64,000 nucleotides of DNA from Alphaproteobacteria bacterium (GTDB lineage: Bacteria > Pseudomonadota > Alphaproteobacteria > SP197): positions 544,001 to 608,000 of the forward strand of contig OZ245842.1 in assembly GCA_965228895.1 (NCBI GenBank), given 5' to 3'. Numbering within the stretch: the stretch's first letter is position 1; each line of letters opens with the position of its first letter. Positions 47,042 to 56,603 of the stretch are shown one piece after another. The translations under genes and the position numbers were made by a program. The notes below the pieces were generated by a model. The model ran no database searches, was not told the origin of the DNA, and was given only the letters and a program-made list of their open reading frames with translations.

Positions 47042-47994
47042 CTCTCGGCAGCAGCGAGTTCTCTAAGTGACATGTCCGGACTGACTGGAAGCAGCGACAG
47101 AAATTCGTGAACCATGGGGTCTTGCTGCGCGTTTTCGTGCACGATTGCGGCAATCTCCGTCAGGTTCACCAATGTGTCCGGTAGGATGCGCTGCACCCTG
47201 CCTTCGTCCTCCCATTTCTTGGCGAAGTGGTCGGGCAGAAAACCGATACACGACCCGCTCAATACCTGTAGCAGGACGCCTTCTGTTTGATTGGACGTGG
47301 ACGCCACGGTCAGGTTCCATCGGGCGATTGCCTGGCTCTCCGCCTCCGAATAACCGTGCCGAACCATGCGGTATCGGCTGACATCCGTAAGGTCGATCTC
47401 AGAGTCCGGCCGGCCGAAGGCTTCGTGACCTCGGCCGCAATAAAGATAACTCGACTCCGTCGCCAGTGGCGTGACGACAATCCGTGATGCCGGGCCTGAC
47501 ATCACGGTCACGCCGACATGGAGACGCCGCTCCTGTACGGCCCGAACGATCTCGTCGGCGGTTCCCACGACGATGGTCAGCTGTACGTTCGGATGCTTCT
47601 TGGCAAAAAGGGAGACGGCGTCCTGCAATCCGACATCGTCCATGGTGACCAGGGTATCGATCAGACCGATGTGGATCTCACCAACCAGCTCGCGGTGAAA
47701 CTCGTTGATCTTCGATCGAAACTCCTCGACCGCCGCAAACAACTGCGTCGCGGCGTTGTAGACGGATTGGCCCTCGCTGGTTAAGGCAAAGCCTGCCCGG
47801 CCACGCGAACACAGGCGTGAACCCAACCGCATCTCAAGATCGCTGATATGTTTGCTGATCGTCGAGCGCGTGATGCCCAGCTCCGTCTCGGCAGCGGTAA
47901 ACCCCTGGCACTCCGCGACGACCTGAAAGACGCGCAGCAGCCGCAGCTCGAAATCCGAGACTTGTCCCAGAAACAGTTTGTGCGGCCAGCTCAT
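47038..47994 (-). CDS. LysR-family regulator (BauR-like N-terminus)
   Basis: GQVSDFELRLLRVF...GFTAAETELGITRSTISKH...LCSRGRAGFALT. Confidence 0.88.
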   Translation of the reverse strand: MSWPHKLFLGQVSDFELRLLRVFQVVAECQGFTAAETELGITRSTISKHISDLEMRLGSRLCSRGRAGFALTSEGQSVYNAATQLFAAVEEFRSKINEFHRELVGEIHIGLIDTLVTMDDVGLQDAVSLFAKKHPNVQLTIVVGTADEIVRAVQERRLHVGVTVMSGPASRIVVTPLATESSYLYCGRGHEAFGRPDSEIDLTDVSRYRMVRHGYSEAESQAIARWNLTVASTSNQTEGVLLQVLSGSCIGFLPDHFAKKWEDEGRVQRILPDTLVNLTEIAAIVHENAQQDPMVHEFLSLLPVSPDMSLRELAAAER

Positions 47995-48154
47995 TGGGCG
48001 TCTGTCATTCGGTAAACTCACGATCTTGTCGTGACGGCCGGCAGGAACCTGCGGACCGTCGCCAAGCGTCTTGATCATAGCATTCCGCCTTTCCAATGCA
48101 CGAAGCAATGCCCGGGTTGGCGCGGTCGTCGCAGCGGCATGGTGCTGGCCTCCG

Positions 48155-49297
48155 TCAGCTTGCCGTCGCGCGGATCGCCGACAAGACGGCCTCGACATCG
48201 TCTGAGTTGTTGTAGAGGTGCGGTGAAAATCGAATGAAGTCGCGCCGCAGGGACGCGACGACACCCTGTTCCTTGAGTGCAGCGGCCAGCGCGCGGCTGT
48301 CCCGTCCGGGAAATCGTGCGGCCAGCGTGGCCGATCGTTCGGATGGGTCAGACGGCGATAGCATTTCGGCGTTGGTTTCCGCGAGGCCTTGCCGCAACTC
48401 GTCCGAAATGGCCCGGTTATGCGCGGCAATGTCGGTTATGCCGAGGTCCAGAAGGTGGCCGATCGCCTCGGCGGCACCCAGCGCGGTTCCGTAGGCCATC
48501 GTGCCGTACTCGTAACGTTTGGCCGAGTTGGGGAAGTCGACGCGATCGGCCTGAAAGTCCCACATGTCCTTGTGACTGCGCCAACCGATAATGCCGGGGT
48601 GCAGCTCTTGCAGCGGTTTTGCGACATACATCACGCCGGTCCCGAACGGGCCGCACATCCATTTGTATGTCGATGACACCACGGCATCGACACCCTGAGC
48701 GCTGACATCGATCGGCATCTGACCCGCCGATTGCGTGGCATCCACGACCAAAAGAGCGCCGTTGGCGTGGGCGAGGTCGGCATAGTGTTTGAGGTCGTGG
48801 AGCTGACCGGTCCCGTACTCGGCGTGTGATAGGCACACGATCGCGGTTTGGCCGTCGATCTGCTTTTCGATCGCCTCGCGCGCGACATACTGGTTATCCC
48901 CGCGCGCCCACCGCATCTCCGCACCGGTCGCCTCAGCGACGCGCATCCAGGGATAGATGGTGCTGGGGTGGCACACGTCGGTTGCAACGATGTTGCTGCC
49001 TTTAGGTGGTGAGATCGCCCAGGCAAGCGACGCCATCAGCGGTGTTTCGCCGGACGCGATGGCGATGTCCTGCTTTTCGGCGCCAAACAGCCTCGCGGCT
49101 GCGTTCGACAGTCCGTCGAGGATATCGACCTCTGCCTGCTCGTCGAAGGCGACCGTCCCCTCGTTCGCCAGCGCCTCTTGCCAGCGATTGATCGACTCGG
49201 CGGCTCCCTTGTGCATCAACCCGACCGATGCGGCATCGAAATAGGCGAATTTTCCGGCAGGCGGATAGGTATCCAGCGAACCAAGTCGAGACGTCAT
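48155..49297 (-). CDS. Class V PLP enzyme (cysteine desulfurase/kynureninase/C-S lyase-like)
   Basis: YFDAAS, VVDATQ, SSTYKWMCGPFG, RFSPHLYN. Confidence 0.88.
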   Translation of the reverse strand: MTSRLGSLDTYPPAGKFAYFDAASVGLMHKGAAESINRWQEALANEGTVAFDEQAEVDILDGLSNAAARLFGAEKQDIAIASGETPLMASLAWAISPPKGSNIVATDVCHPSTIYPWMRVAEATGAEMRWARGDNQYVAREAIEKQIDGQTAIVCLSHAEYGTGQLHDLKHYADLAHANGALLVVDATQSAGQMPIDVSAQGVDAVVSSTYKWMCGPFGTGVMYVAKPLQELHPGIIGWRSHKDMWDFQADRVDFPNSAKRYEYGTMAYGTALGAAEAIGHLLDLGITDIAAHNRAISDELRQGLAETNAEMLSPSDPSERSATLAARFPGRDSRALAAALKEQGVVASLRRDFIRFSPHLYNNSDDVEAVLSAIRATAS

Positions 49298-49572
49298 GGT
49301 TTCCTCCCCACGCGTGCACGGTGAAACGGCAATGTCCCACCGTCTGCCTGCATTGAAACCGAACTTGGCCTCGGGAGGTATGGCCTAATCGGAAACAAGA
49401 CGTGCATAGCCATGCAACCGAGCCGCCATACATGGCGCGATAGCCACCTGAAGTTTCTCGCTGGGCCATTGATTCGGTACCGGTGGTGCGCTCCCATCGC
49501 GGCCATGATCATTCGCGGTTTCGACGGTGGCGCCATGCGCCGCTCCATCGCCGCATAGGAGGAGATCAGCAC

Positions 49573-51030
49573 GTGTACCTTCATGAGTGGTATCAGAAGA
49601 TCTACGAAAGTTTTCCCAAGATCATCTCGGAGGCCGAAGAGGTCGGCAAAACGATGGGGGTGGGCAAGCTGAAGGGCGAAGTCGGCCTTTATTCCGGCGC
49701 TTCGTCGTGTCCGGCCCGGCTGCCCGACTACGTCTTGGACGCTATCGTCAAGGCGAACCAGCAGGAGGTTCTGCCGGTCCGCACGGTCGAGGACAATGTC
49801 CGAAACGTCGTCAAGGATATCTATGGCGACGCCTATGATTGCGCCGTCGTCAACACGTGTGAAGCCGGGCTCCGTGTCGCGATCGAGACCTTGATGGCGC
49901 CGCCCTTCATGCGCCGCGGCGATGCCTATCGAGCCCGCATGGTCTCGACCTATGGTGAAGATATCGAATGGGGCATGGCGTATGGCCGGGGGTTTCCGGC
50001 CAAGTACAAGAACGCGTCGGTCGATCGCACGGTCAGCGGCGGCGAGTTCGGCATGGATGCGAAGTCGCTGCCCAATCTGGATACGGTGTTCGTGCGCTTT
50101 TCGAACGCGCGTTACGAAGTTCACGGTGTGCGGCAAGGCGTCGTACCGCTTCTGACCGAGGTTGACGTCGATGGAACCACGGAGGCGATGCGGGGTGTGT
50201 GCGAACGCCATGGCGCGTCGCTCTGCGGCTTGCATACCGTGGGCTATGACACGCCGGGGTGGGGCCACGGCGCGCAGGATGCAGAAGGCCGCCCCGCACT
50301 GATGCGGCGAATGGGCGAGATCGCCCGTGACTACGACGTTCCGTTCCTGGTCGACGCGGCAAGCTGCGTTCCCGGTATTGGCATCTCTCCCGAAGATGCC
50401 GGCGCCGATATCATGATCTGGAGCATGGACAAGGCGGGCCGGTCGCCCTGTGCCGGCCTGATCATCGGCAAGGCCGAAGAGATGCTCTCGATCCGCAAGT
50501 CGCTGGGGCTTGCCGGACAGCGGTTCGGCCACGTCTCGTCTCACGGTAAGGCGGTTTTCTCGGCCCACGACCCCGGCCGCGACAGTGTTGTCGGCCTGCT
50601 TGCCTATCTCGAGATGATCCGCGATCACCCGGAGCGGGTTACCGATACCGTCGATCGCTACCACGACATTCTTGTCGAGGCCTTCAACGACCTGGAGCCC
50701 GCCCACCTGCGCGACGGTCTGTTGTTCACCAAGTCCTATCACATGGGTGGAACGGAGCTGAACTATCAGAGGACGTGGCAAGGCGAGGGGTTCGGAATAC
50801 CGCTCTTCACGTTGGAAGACCTCTATACCAACACCAATCCGATCCTGCTGGCGACCGAGGCGATGGGTGTCGAGCCGGCGACAATCTACGCTGGCAGCAT
50901 GCTCCTCAATCCAGGCTTGGGCCTGCTGGACCGTGACGGCCAGTTGATCGACGAGCGCGCCGGTGTCGCGGCGCGGTGTTTGGTGAAAGCCACCGAGATT
51001 GTCTGCCGGCATGCCGGTCTTGGCGGTTAG
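49573..51030 (+). CDS. Uncharacterised fold-type I PLP-dependent enzyme (SelA-like)
   Basis: VVNTCEAGL, PFLVDAAS, GADIMIWSMDK (PLP Lys), AGLIIG; GTG start after AGGAGG. Confidence 0.65.
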   Translation: MYLHEWYQKIYESFPKIISEAEEVGKTMGVGKLKGEVGLYSGASSCPARLPDYVLDAIVKANQQEVLPVRTVEDNVRNVVKDIYGDAYDCAVVNTCEAGLRVAIETLMAPPFMRRGDAYRARMVSTYGEDIEWGMAYGRGFPAKYKNASVDRTVSGGEFGMDAKSLPNLDTVFVRFSNARYEVHGVRQGVVPLLTEVDVDGTTEAMRGVCERHGASLCGLHTVGYDTPGWGHGAQDAEGRPALMRRMGEIARDYDVPFLVDAASCVPGIGISPEDAGADIMIWSMDKAGRSPCAGLIIGKAEEMLSIRKSLGLAGQRFGHVSSHGKAVFSAHDPGRDSVVGLLAYLEMIRDHPERVTDTVDRYHDILVEAFNDLEPAHLRDGLLFTKSYHMGGTELNYQRTWQGEGFGIPLFTLEDLYTNTNPILLATEAMGVEPATIYAGSMLLNPGLGLLDRDGQLIDERAGVAARCLVKATEIVCRHAGLGG

Positions 51031-51065
51031 TCCGCAGCAATCAGCGAACAGGGGACAAGAAGATA

Positions 51066-51440
51066 ATGGGTATAACGGCGATTGGTGGTTCGAACGTGGA
51101 AGGGCTTCCGTTTTCCGATGCCGTTCGCGCCGGGGATTTCATTTTTATTTCGGGCATGGTTGCGATCAACGCCGATGGCACGATTGTGTCCGGCGATGTC
51201 GCCGAACAGACGGACCGTATAATCGCCGACGCGACCGAACTCTTGCGCCAGGCTGACGCGACCTTCGACAATGTCGTCAAGGTCTGCGTCTACCTGACGC
51301 CGTCGGCTGATTTCGATGTGTTTAATCAGGCCTATGAAAGGCACCTGGGCAAGGTCAAGCCGGCGCGGGTCAGTGTCGTGGCCAACCTGACGATCGACGC
51401 GTTGGTCGAGATGGACTTTGTTGCCTATGTCGGACCCTAG
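51066..51440 (+). CDS. RidA/YjgF family enamine/imine deaminase
   Basis: PFSDAVRAGDFIFISG, FNQAY, KPAR, LVEMD. Confidence 0.9.
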   Translation: MGITAIGGSNVEGLPFSDAVRAGDFIFISGMVAINADGTIVSGDVAEQTDRIIADATELLRQADATFDNVVKVCVYLTPSADFDVFNQAYERHLGKVKPARVSVVANLTIDALVEMDFVAYVGP

Positions 51441-51479
51441 AGCTGATCCCGTCTGGTCGGAATCAGGACCCATCTGCGC

Positions 51480-52175
51480 TTAGCCTGCGTAACTGATGTG
51501 TCTGTTCAGGTGCGCTTCAAGGCGGCCGAACAAAAACCGCACGACCTGCACCATGGCCCAATAGATGGCGGCTGCGCCGACGAGCGGGGTGAAGGGATCA
51601 TAGGTGGTCGAAACCGCGGTATTGGCGGCGGCCAACAGATCAATCATCGTAATCGCACCAAGCGCCGCGGTTCCCTTAACGAAGAGGATGACCTCGTTCA
51701 TGTACGCCGATAGACCGTAGCGCATGGCCAGGGGAAACGTGATCTTGAAGAACACGAGGTGACGGGGTAGCGCCAACGCCCGGGCAGCGTCCAACAAGCC
51801 GCGCGGCACCGCCTGAAACGCCCCGCGCAGCAGCTCAACGAGAAAGCCCGCGTGATTGAGTGTGAAACCGACGACCGCGCAGTAATAGGCCTCGGAGAAA
51901 AACTCCCAAAGGAACGTGTCGCGGATGATGCCGATCGTGGCGAATCCGTTATAGACCATGTAGAGGACGACGAGCGCGGGTACGCCGCGAAAGAACATGG
52001 AGAAGAACCAAGCCAGACCCGCGACGACGCGATTGGACGACGACCGCGCCAGGGCGATGGGCGTGGCGATGATCAGCCCGAGGACGAGACACGGAACCAG
52101 CACACTTAACGTGACGAGGGCACCGTTCAACAAGGACGGCAGGATACGCCACAGGAGTTCGACGTTGAATTCCAT
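51480..52175 (-). CDS. Polar amino acid ABC transporter permease (HisM-like)
   Basis: FRGVPALV, ELLRGAFQAVPRG, NEVILFVKGT. Confidence 0.88.
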   Translation of the reverse strand: MEFNVELLWRILPSLLNGALVTLSVLVPCLVLGLIIATPIALARSSSNRVVAGLAWFFSMFFRGVPALVVLYMVYNGFATIGIIRDTFLWEFFSEAYYCAVVGFTLNHAGFLVELLRGAFQAVPRGLLDAARALALPRHLVFFKITFPLAMRYGLSAYMNEVILFVKGTAALGAITMIDLLAAANTAVSTTYDPFTPLVGAAAIYWAMVQVVRFLFGRLEAHLNRHISYAG

Positions 52176-52873
52176 CACGACCGCCCGGCGCCTTCCTGGC
52201 CGCGATTGATCCAACGTTCGAACCGCTCGGCGGCGAACATCGTCGCTGAACTGAAGATGATGTAAGCGAAACCGACGAAGAGATAGAAGACAAACGGTTG
52301 TTTGGTGACGGCGGCCGCCACGTCCGCGACACGGACGAGATCGGCAAGCCCGACCATCGACACAAGCGCCGTGTCTTTCAGAACCACCATCCAGATGTTG
52401 ATCAGGCCGGGCAAGGCGAGCCTGAGCGCCTGCGGCAGGATGACGAGCGCCCACATTTGCATGCGGTGCAAGCCGATCGATCGCGCGGCATCAAACTGGC
52501 CTGCGTCTATGTTCCGGATCGCTCCTCTGAAGACCTCCCCGACATAGACCGCGTAAACGATCGCCAGCCCGGCAATGCCGGCAACGAAGGGCGATATCTC
52601 GAAGTCGATACCGAGCACGTCGCTGATGAACAGGGGCGCATTATAGTAAATGAAGAACACGACAAGAATGGATGGCACACCCATCATTGCCGAGGCACTA
52701 ACGCGCCATGCCCCTTTGACGACAACGTTCTTGGAAAGCGCGGCAAACCCGAGAAACAAACCAACGAACAAGCTTAAGGCAAAGCTGTAGATGGCAAGCT
52801 GAACGGTGATGGAGGCGCCAGCTAGAAGTTCATCACCATAGCCAAGATCGTCAAAACTCAGCGCCTCCATCAC
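52175..52873 (-). CDS. Polar amino acid ABC transporter permease (HisQ-like)
   Basis: GEVFRGAI, GQFDAA, LPQALRLALPG, LKDTALVS. Confidence 0.9.
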   Translation of the reverse strand: MMEALSFDDLGYGDELLAGASITVQLAIYSFALSLFVGLFLGFAALSKNVVVKGAWRVSASAMMGVPSILVVFFIYYNAPLFISDVLGIDFEISPFVAGIAGLAIVYAVYVGEVFRGAIRNIDAGQFDAARSIGLHRMQMWALVILPQALRLALPGLINIWMVVLKDTALVSMVGLADLVRVADVAAAVTKQPFVFYLFVGFAYIIFSSATMFAAERFERWINRGQEGAGRS

Positions 52874-52909
52874 CTAACCATCACGGCAATCCGTTTTGTG
52901 GCGTGCCGC

Positions 52910-53704
52910 TTAGAGGCACTTGGCCTCTTCTTCCAGCAATTGCACGCCGGGAAGATACTTCATGCGGATTTCGGTATAGGTGCAGTCGTCAATGATCGAT
53001 TGCAGCGCCGCATTCACCTTCTCGACGAGCTCCATGTCGCCTTTCTGCACGGCCCAGCTCATACCCTCTTTCTCGCCGGACGCCCAAAAGTCTTGTTCGC
53101 TCAGCATCCAATCCGCGCCGTCGGGCGTGTCGATCAGCAGCGTGTTCCAATTGATCTTGTGGCCGAACGCCGCGTCGATGCGGCCCGCCTTCAGGTCCAG
53201 CACCATCTGGTCGTTGTTTTCGAAGTAGACCGGCGTGGCATCAGGCAGGTTTTCCTCGACATACTTGGCATGCGCGGAGCCTTTGTAGACGCCGATCTTC
53301 ATGCCATCCATGGCCGCATTGTCGTAGCCTGCGCTCCAATCGGCCGGCACAACAAAACCCTCAGGGCTGAACATCATGGGGATCGTAAACTCGGTTGCTT
53401 CGAGCCGTTCGGGTAGCGGCGTCAACTGCGACACGATCATGTCGATCTTGCCGGTGGTGAGCGACGGCAGCAAGCCGTCAAAGTCCATCGCGACCAGCTC
53501 GCAGTTGGCGTCCATTCGTTTGCATACTTCGCGCGCCAAGTCGGGCTCGATGCCCGAAAGACTGCCGTCCGTCCCCATAATGCTGAACGGCGGATAGGTT
53601 CCTTCGTTGCCGAGCTTGAGCTCTTCCGCTCCGGCGGACTGCCCTGCAAGCAAACCAAAAATGCCAGCGGCGAGAACAATCTTCGACGCCTCTCTTAGAT
53701 TCAT
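52910..53704 (-). CDS. Polar amino acid ABC transporter substrate-binding protein
   Basis: Signal peptide; EGTYPPFS, FDGLLPSL, DLKAGRID. Confidence 0.9.
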   Translation of the reverse strand: MNLREASKIVLAAGIFGLLAGQSAGAEELKLGNEGTYPPFSIMGTDGSLSGIEPDLAREVCKRMDANCELVAMDFDGLLPSLTTGKIDMIVSQLTPLPERLEATEFTIPMMFSPEGFVVPADWSAGYDNAAMDGMKIGVYKGSAHAKYVEENLPDATPVYFENNDQMVLDLKAGRIDAAFGHKINWNTLLIDTPDGADWMLSEQDFWASGEKEGMSWAVQKGDMELVEKVNAALQSIIDDCTYTEIRMKYLPGVQLLEEEAKCL

Positions 53705-54033
53705 CGTTGCCTCCTGTTGTTGCCGGAGACCGTTAGGTGGGTATCCCCAGCGTTATGACCTGCCCGTCACGCAGCCCAAGCAAGTCCGGTATGTTCGATC
53801 AACGCAGAAAGCCCGGATACCCGTTGGTCGGGCTCCCCGCACCAAACACCCATCATCCTTTCCAGGCATGAACATTGATGAAATGACGGTTTCTGCACAT
53901 TAACATTGAAACTCTTTAAACTTACTATCATGGCGTGTATTTTCCGTGGCCGCGCATCAGTTTCGGTGTGGTTCGGGTGCGAGCGTCTTCTCGCCTGTCC
54001 GTGAGAACATCTCTTCGTCGCGCATCAGCCGTC

Positions 54034-55182
54034 TTAACGACGGTGCAGCGACATCACGATGCCAAACGCCAGCAGTACCAAGCCCGCGGTAAGCGGGCCG
54101 GCGGTGAGACCAAAGAAGTTCATCGCTGCCCCAGCCGCCGTTGATCCCGCCGCGCTACCGACGGCATAGGCCAATGTGAAGACTGCCGTGCCGGCCAGAA
54201 GCAAACCGCCCGTGTACCGTTCGCCGAGCATGGTCATGGCGCAGGTATGGAGCGCAAAACACGCAGCCCCCATCACGGCAAAGACGGCTAGTATCATGAC
54301 CTCGGATGTCAGGAGCGGAATGGACATGAAGCTGACGGCGGCGATGAAGCTCGAGGCTATGGCGACATGGGGACGCGCCATTTTGTCGAGCAGCACGCCG
54401 ACCAAGGGCTGGGCAAATGCCGTCGGCAGCGCCATGGCTGTGACGCTGATGGCGGCGAAGGCTTCGGAGTGGCCGGTCCTGACAAAATAGATCGGCATGA
54501 TCGAAATCGCCGCAATGTCGGCAAAGCCGAACACCAGAACCATCAGGACAAGAATGGGCGAGGCGCGGACGAACCGAAGAAGGGCACCTGCCGGTGACGG
54601 CTCAGGCCGGGTTCGTGCCTTGCGGCTGAGGACAACAACGGCAAAGGCGACAAGAGCGAGGTAAACGGCGAGCAGGGCGAAGGCAAAACCGTTCTCGGTG
54701 CCGAATGCAGGAATTGCGAGTGGTCCGGCCGCGAACCCCGCACAAAGCCCACCGCCATAAAGTCCGGACACACGTCCTCTCAGACGATCTGGGCAGGCGG
54801 TGTTGAGCCATGCGCCACCCAGCATGAAAATCAGGCTGGCAAAGAAACCGAGCAGAAAGCGCGCGACAAACCAGACCCACAGGATGTCGAACAGGGCAAA
54901 CGCCGCGAGGCACATCGCACAGCCAATCAGGCCGGTGATAATCAGACCTTTTCCGGCGATGTGGGCCGTTAGCCGACCAACCGACAGCGTGGCTACCGCC
55001 AGACCGATCGCAAACACGCTCGCATTCAAACCGATAAGGCCTTCGGAGATCCCCCGGCCATTGAGAACCAGCGAAATGAGCGGATAGGTCAGACCCTGGG
55101 ACAGGGCAAACGCGGTCACGCCCAGGACAACCGCCATTATGGCGGCCCAATCGGGGACGAAGTCTTCAAGTGCCTGCGACAT
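54034..55182 (-). CDS. MFS transporter (YcaD-like)
   Basis: About 12 hydrophobic segments; WFVARFLLG, RLRGRVSGLY. Confidence 0.85.
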   Translation of the reverse strand: MSQALEDFVPDWAAIMAVVLGVTAFALSQGLTYPLISLVLNGRGISEGLIGLNASVFAIGLAVATLSVGRLTAHIAGKGLIITGLIGCAMCLAAFALFDILWVWFVARFLLGFFASLIFMLGGAWLNTACPDRLRGRVSGLYGGGLCAGFAAGPLAIPAFGTENGFAFALLAVYLALVAFAVVVLSRKARTRPEPSPAGALLRFVRASPILVLMVLVFGFADIAAISIMPIYFVRTGHSEAFAAISVTAMALPTAFAQPLVGVLLDKMARPHVAIASSFIAAVSFMSIPLLTSEVMILAVFAVMGAACFALHTCAMTMLGERYTGGLLLAGTAVFTLAYAVGSAAGSTAAGAAMNFFGLTAGPLTAGLVLLAFGIVMSLHRR

Positions 55183-55229
55183 CGCAACGCCTGACGGCCC
55201 ATAGGCCGGGCAAAACGGTAAACTAGGAT

Positions 55230-55259
55230 TTGACACAGCGAATTGTATATCGATACGAT
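55230..55259 (+). promoter_or_regulatory. Sigma70-like promoter TTGACA-N18-TACGAT for the SBP-cocE unit
   Basis: Consensus -35 and near-consensus -10 in an AT-richer intergenic region. Confidence 0.55.
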
Positions 55260-55382
55260 GGTGCATTATTAAGGCGATTTTGTCAGTCCTAATCGCCTTG
55301 CCGCGATCGTCGTTGCGCTTAGAAAGCCGGGCGATGGGGCACATGCCGAAGCAACGGGCGAGGCAAAGCCAGGGAGACTTCA

Positions 55383-56522
55383 ATGGAAATCAATGAGTTC
55401 AGGGATCTTCTGTTCAGCGGAAAGATCACGCGGCGCGAGGCCAAGCGGCTGATGGCATCGTTCGGCGTCATGTCGGCGGCGGTGCCTATGATGGGGCGGC
55501 ATGCGCTTGCCGATACGGATCAGCCGGTGCTGTTCACGTGGTCGGGCTACGACAGCCCGGAGTTTTCGGCGCAATACGTCGCCCAGAACGGTGCGCCGCC
55601 GAACTACTCCTTCTTCAGCAATCAGGAAGAAGCCTTCAACAAAATGCGCGGCGGCTATTCGCCTGATGTGATGTTCCCCTGCATCGAGTCGATGCAGCTT
55701 TGGTACGACGCCGGCTTGCTGGCGCCGATCGACACCTCGATGTTGTCACACTGGCCCGATGTCTTGGATGTCTTCAAGAACATCCCCGGCGGCAAGATGG
55801 GTGGCGACCAGGTGTTTGCCGCCGACGACTGGGGCCAGACCTCGATCGTCGTGCGCACCGATTTAGCGCCTGAATACCTGGACCCGGAAATGCAGAGCTG
55901 GGAAGCGCTGATGGACGAGAACTACAAGGGCCGCATGTCGGTTGTTGATAGCTCGTCCGACATGGCGTCGATCGCCGGTGTTGCGTTGGGTATCGACGCG
56001 TTCAACATGGACGACGCCCAAATCGCTGAAGTTCGGCAATGGCTGGCGACGCAGATGCCGAACAACCGCATTGTCTCCCATTCGATGACCGAGGTGGCAC
56101 AGTCCATGGCGTCGGGCGAGGTGATCATGGGTGTCGCCTGGAACTCAGTCTTGTCGCAGCTTGCCAGCGCGGCGGAAGGTACCGATGCTGAATGGACCTG
56201 GATGGTGCCGAAAGAAGGCGCGATCACATGGTGTTGCGGCCTGACGATCCATCCGGCGTCAATGGAGCGCGGTCTTTATGAGAAAGCGCATCAAGTCATC
56301 GATTCCTTCCTGTCGCCGGAATCCGGTCGCTTCGAGATCACCGAATGGCTGACCGGGCATTCCAATGCCAAGTCGTATGAAGGCATCGATCAGGCATGGT
56401 TGCTGTCGGTCGGCTTGTCGAACGATGTCGATACGTTCCTGGCCAACACGCATTTCTCGCAGCCGATGGCAAACTCCGACAAGATCGCCGTCATGTGGGA
56501 AGAGGTCCAGGCCGGCATTTAG
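55383..56522 (+). CDS. PotD/PotF-like ABC substrate-binding protein with Tat-like signal
   Basis: ITRRE, FTWSGYD, DWG, SWEAL, PKEG..WCCG. Confidence 0.85.
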   Translation: MEINEFRDLLFSGKITRREAKRLMASFGVMSAAVPMMGRHALADTDQPVLFTWSGYDSPEFSAQYVAQNGAPPNYSFFSNQEEAFNKMRGGYSPDVMFPCIESMQLWYDAGLLAPIDTSMLSHWPDVLDVFKNIPGGKMGGDQVFAADDWGQTSIVVRTDLAPEYLDPEMQSWEALMDENYKGRMSVVDSSSDMASIAGVALGIDAFNMDDAQIAEVRQWLATQMPNNRIVSHSMTEVAQSMASGEVIMGVAWNSVLSQLASAAEGTDAEWTWMVPKEGAITWCCGLTIHPASMERGLYEKAHQVIDSFLSPESGRFEITEWLTGHSNAKSYEGIDQAWLLSVGLSNDVDTFLANTHFSQPMANSDKIAVMWEEVQAGI

Positions 56523-56548
56523 CATCTCCCTGCCAGATGGCCTGCAAG

Positions 56549-56582
56549 CGGGTGGTGGTTCTAACGAGCCGCCACCCGTTTC
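56549..56582 (+). terminator. Strong hairpin (terminator or mRNA stabiliser) after the SBP gene
   Basis: CGGGTGGTGGTTC-TAAC-GAGCCGCCACCCG followed by TTTC. Confidence 0.6.
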
Positions 56583-56603
56583 AAGTTCAAGCGGATACCG
56601 ACC

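Noticed and set aside
49573-51030. True selenocysteine synthase SelA
   Set aside because: No selB, selD or tRNA-Sec nearby; only the generic PLP core motifs match
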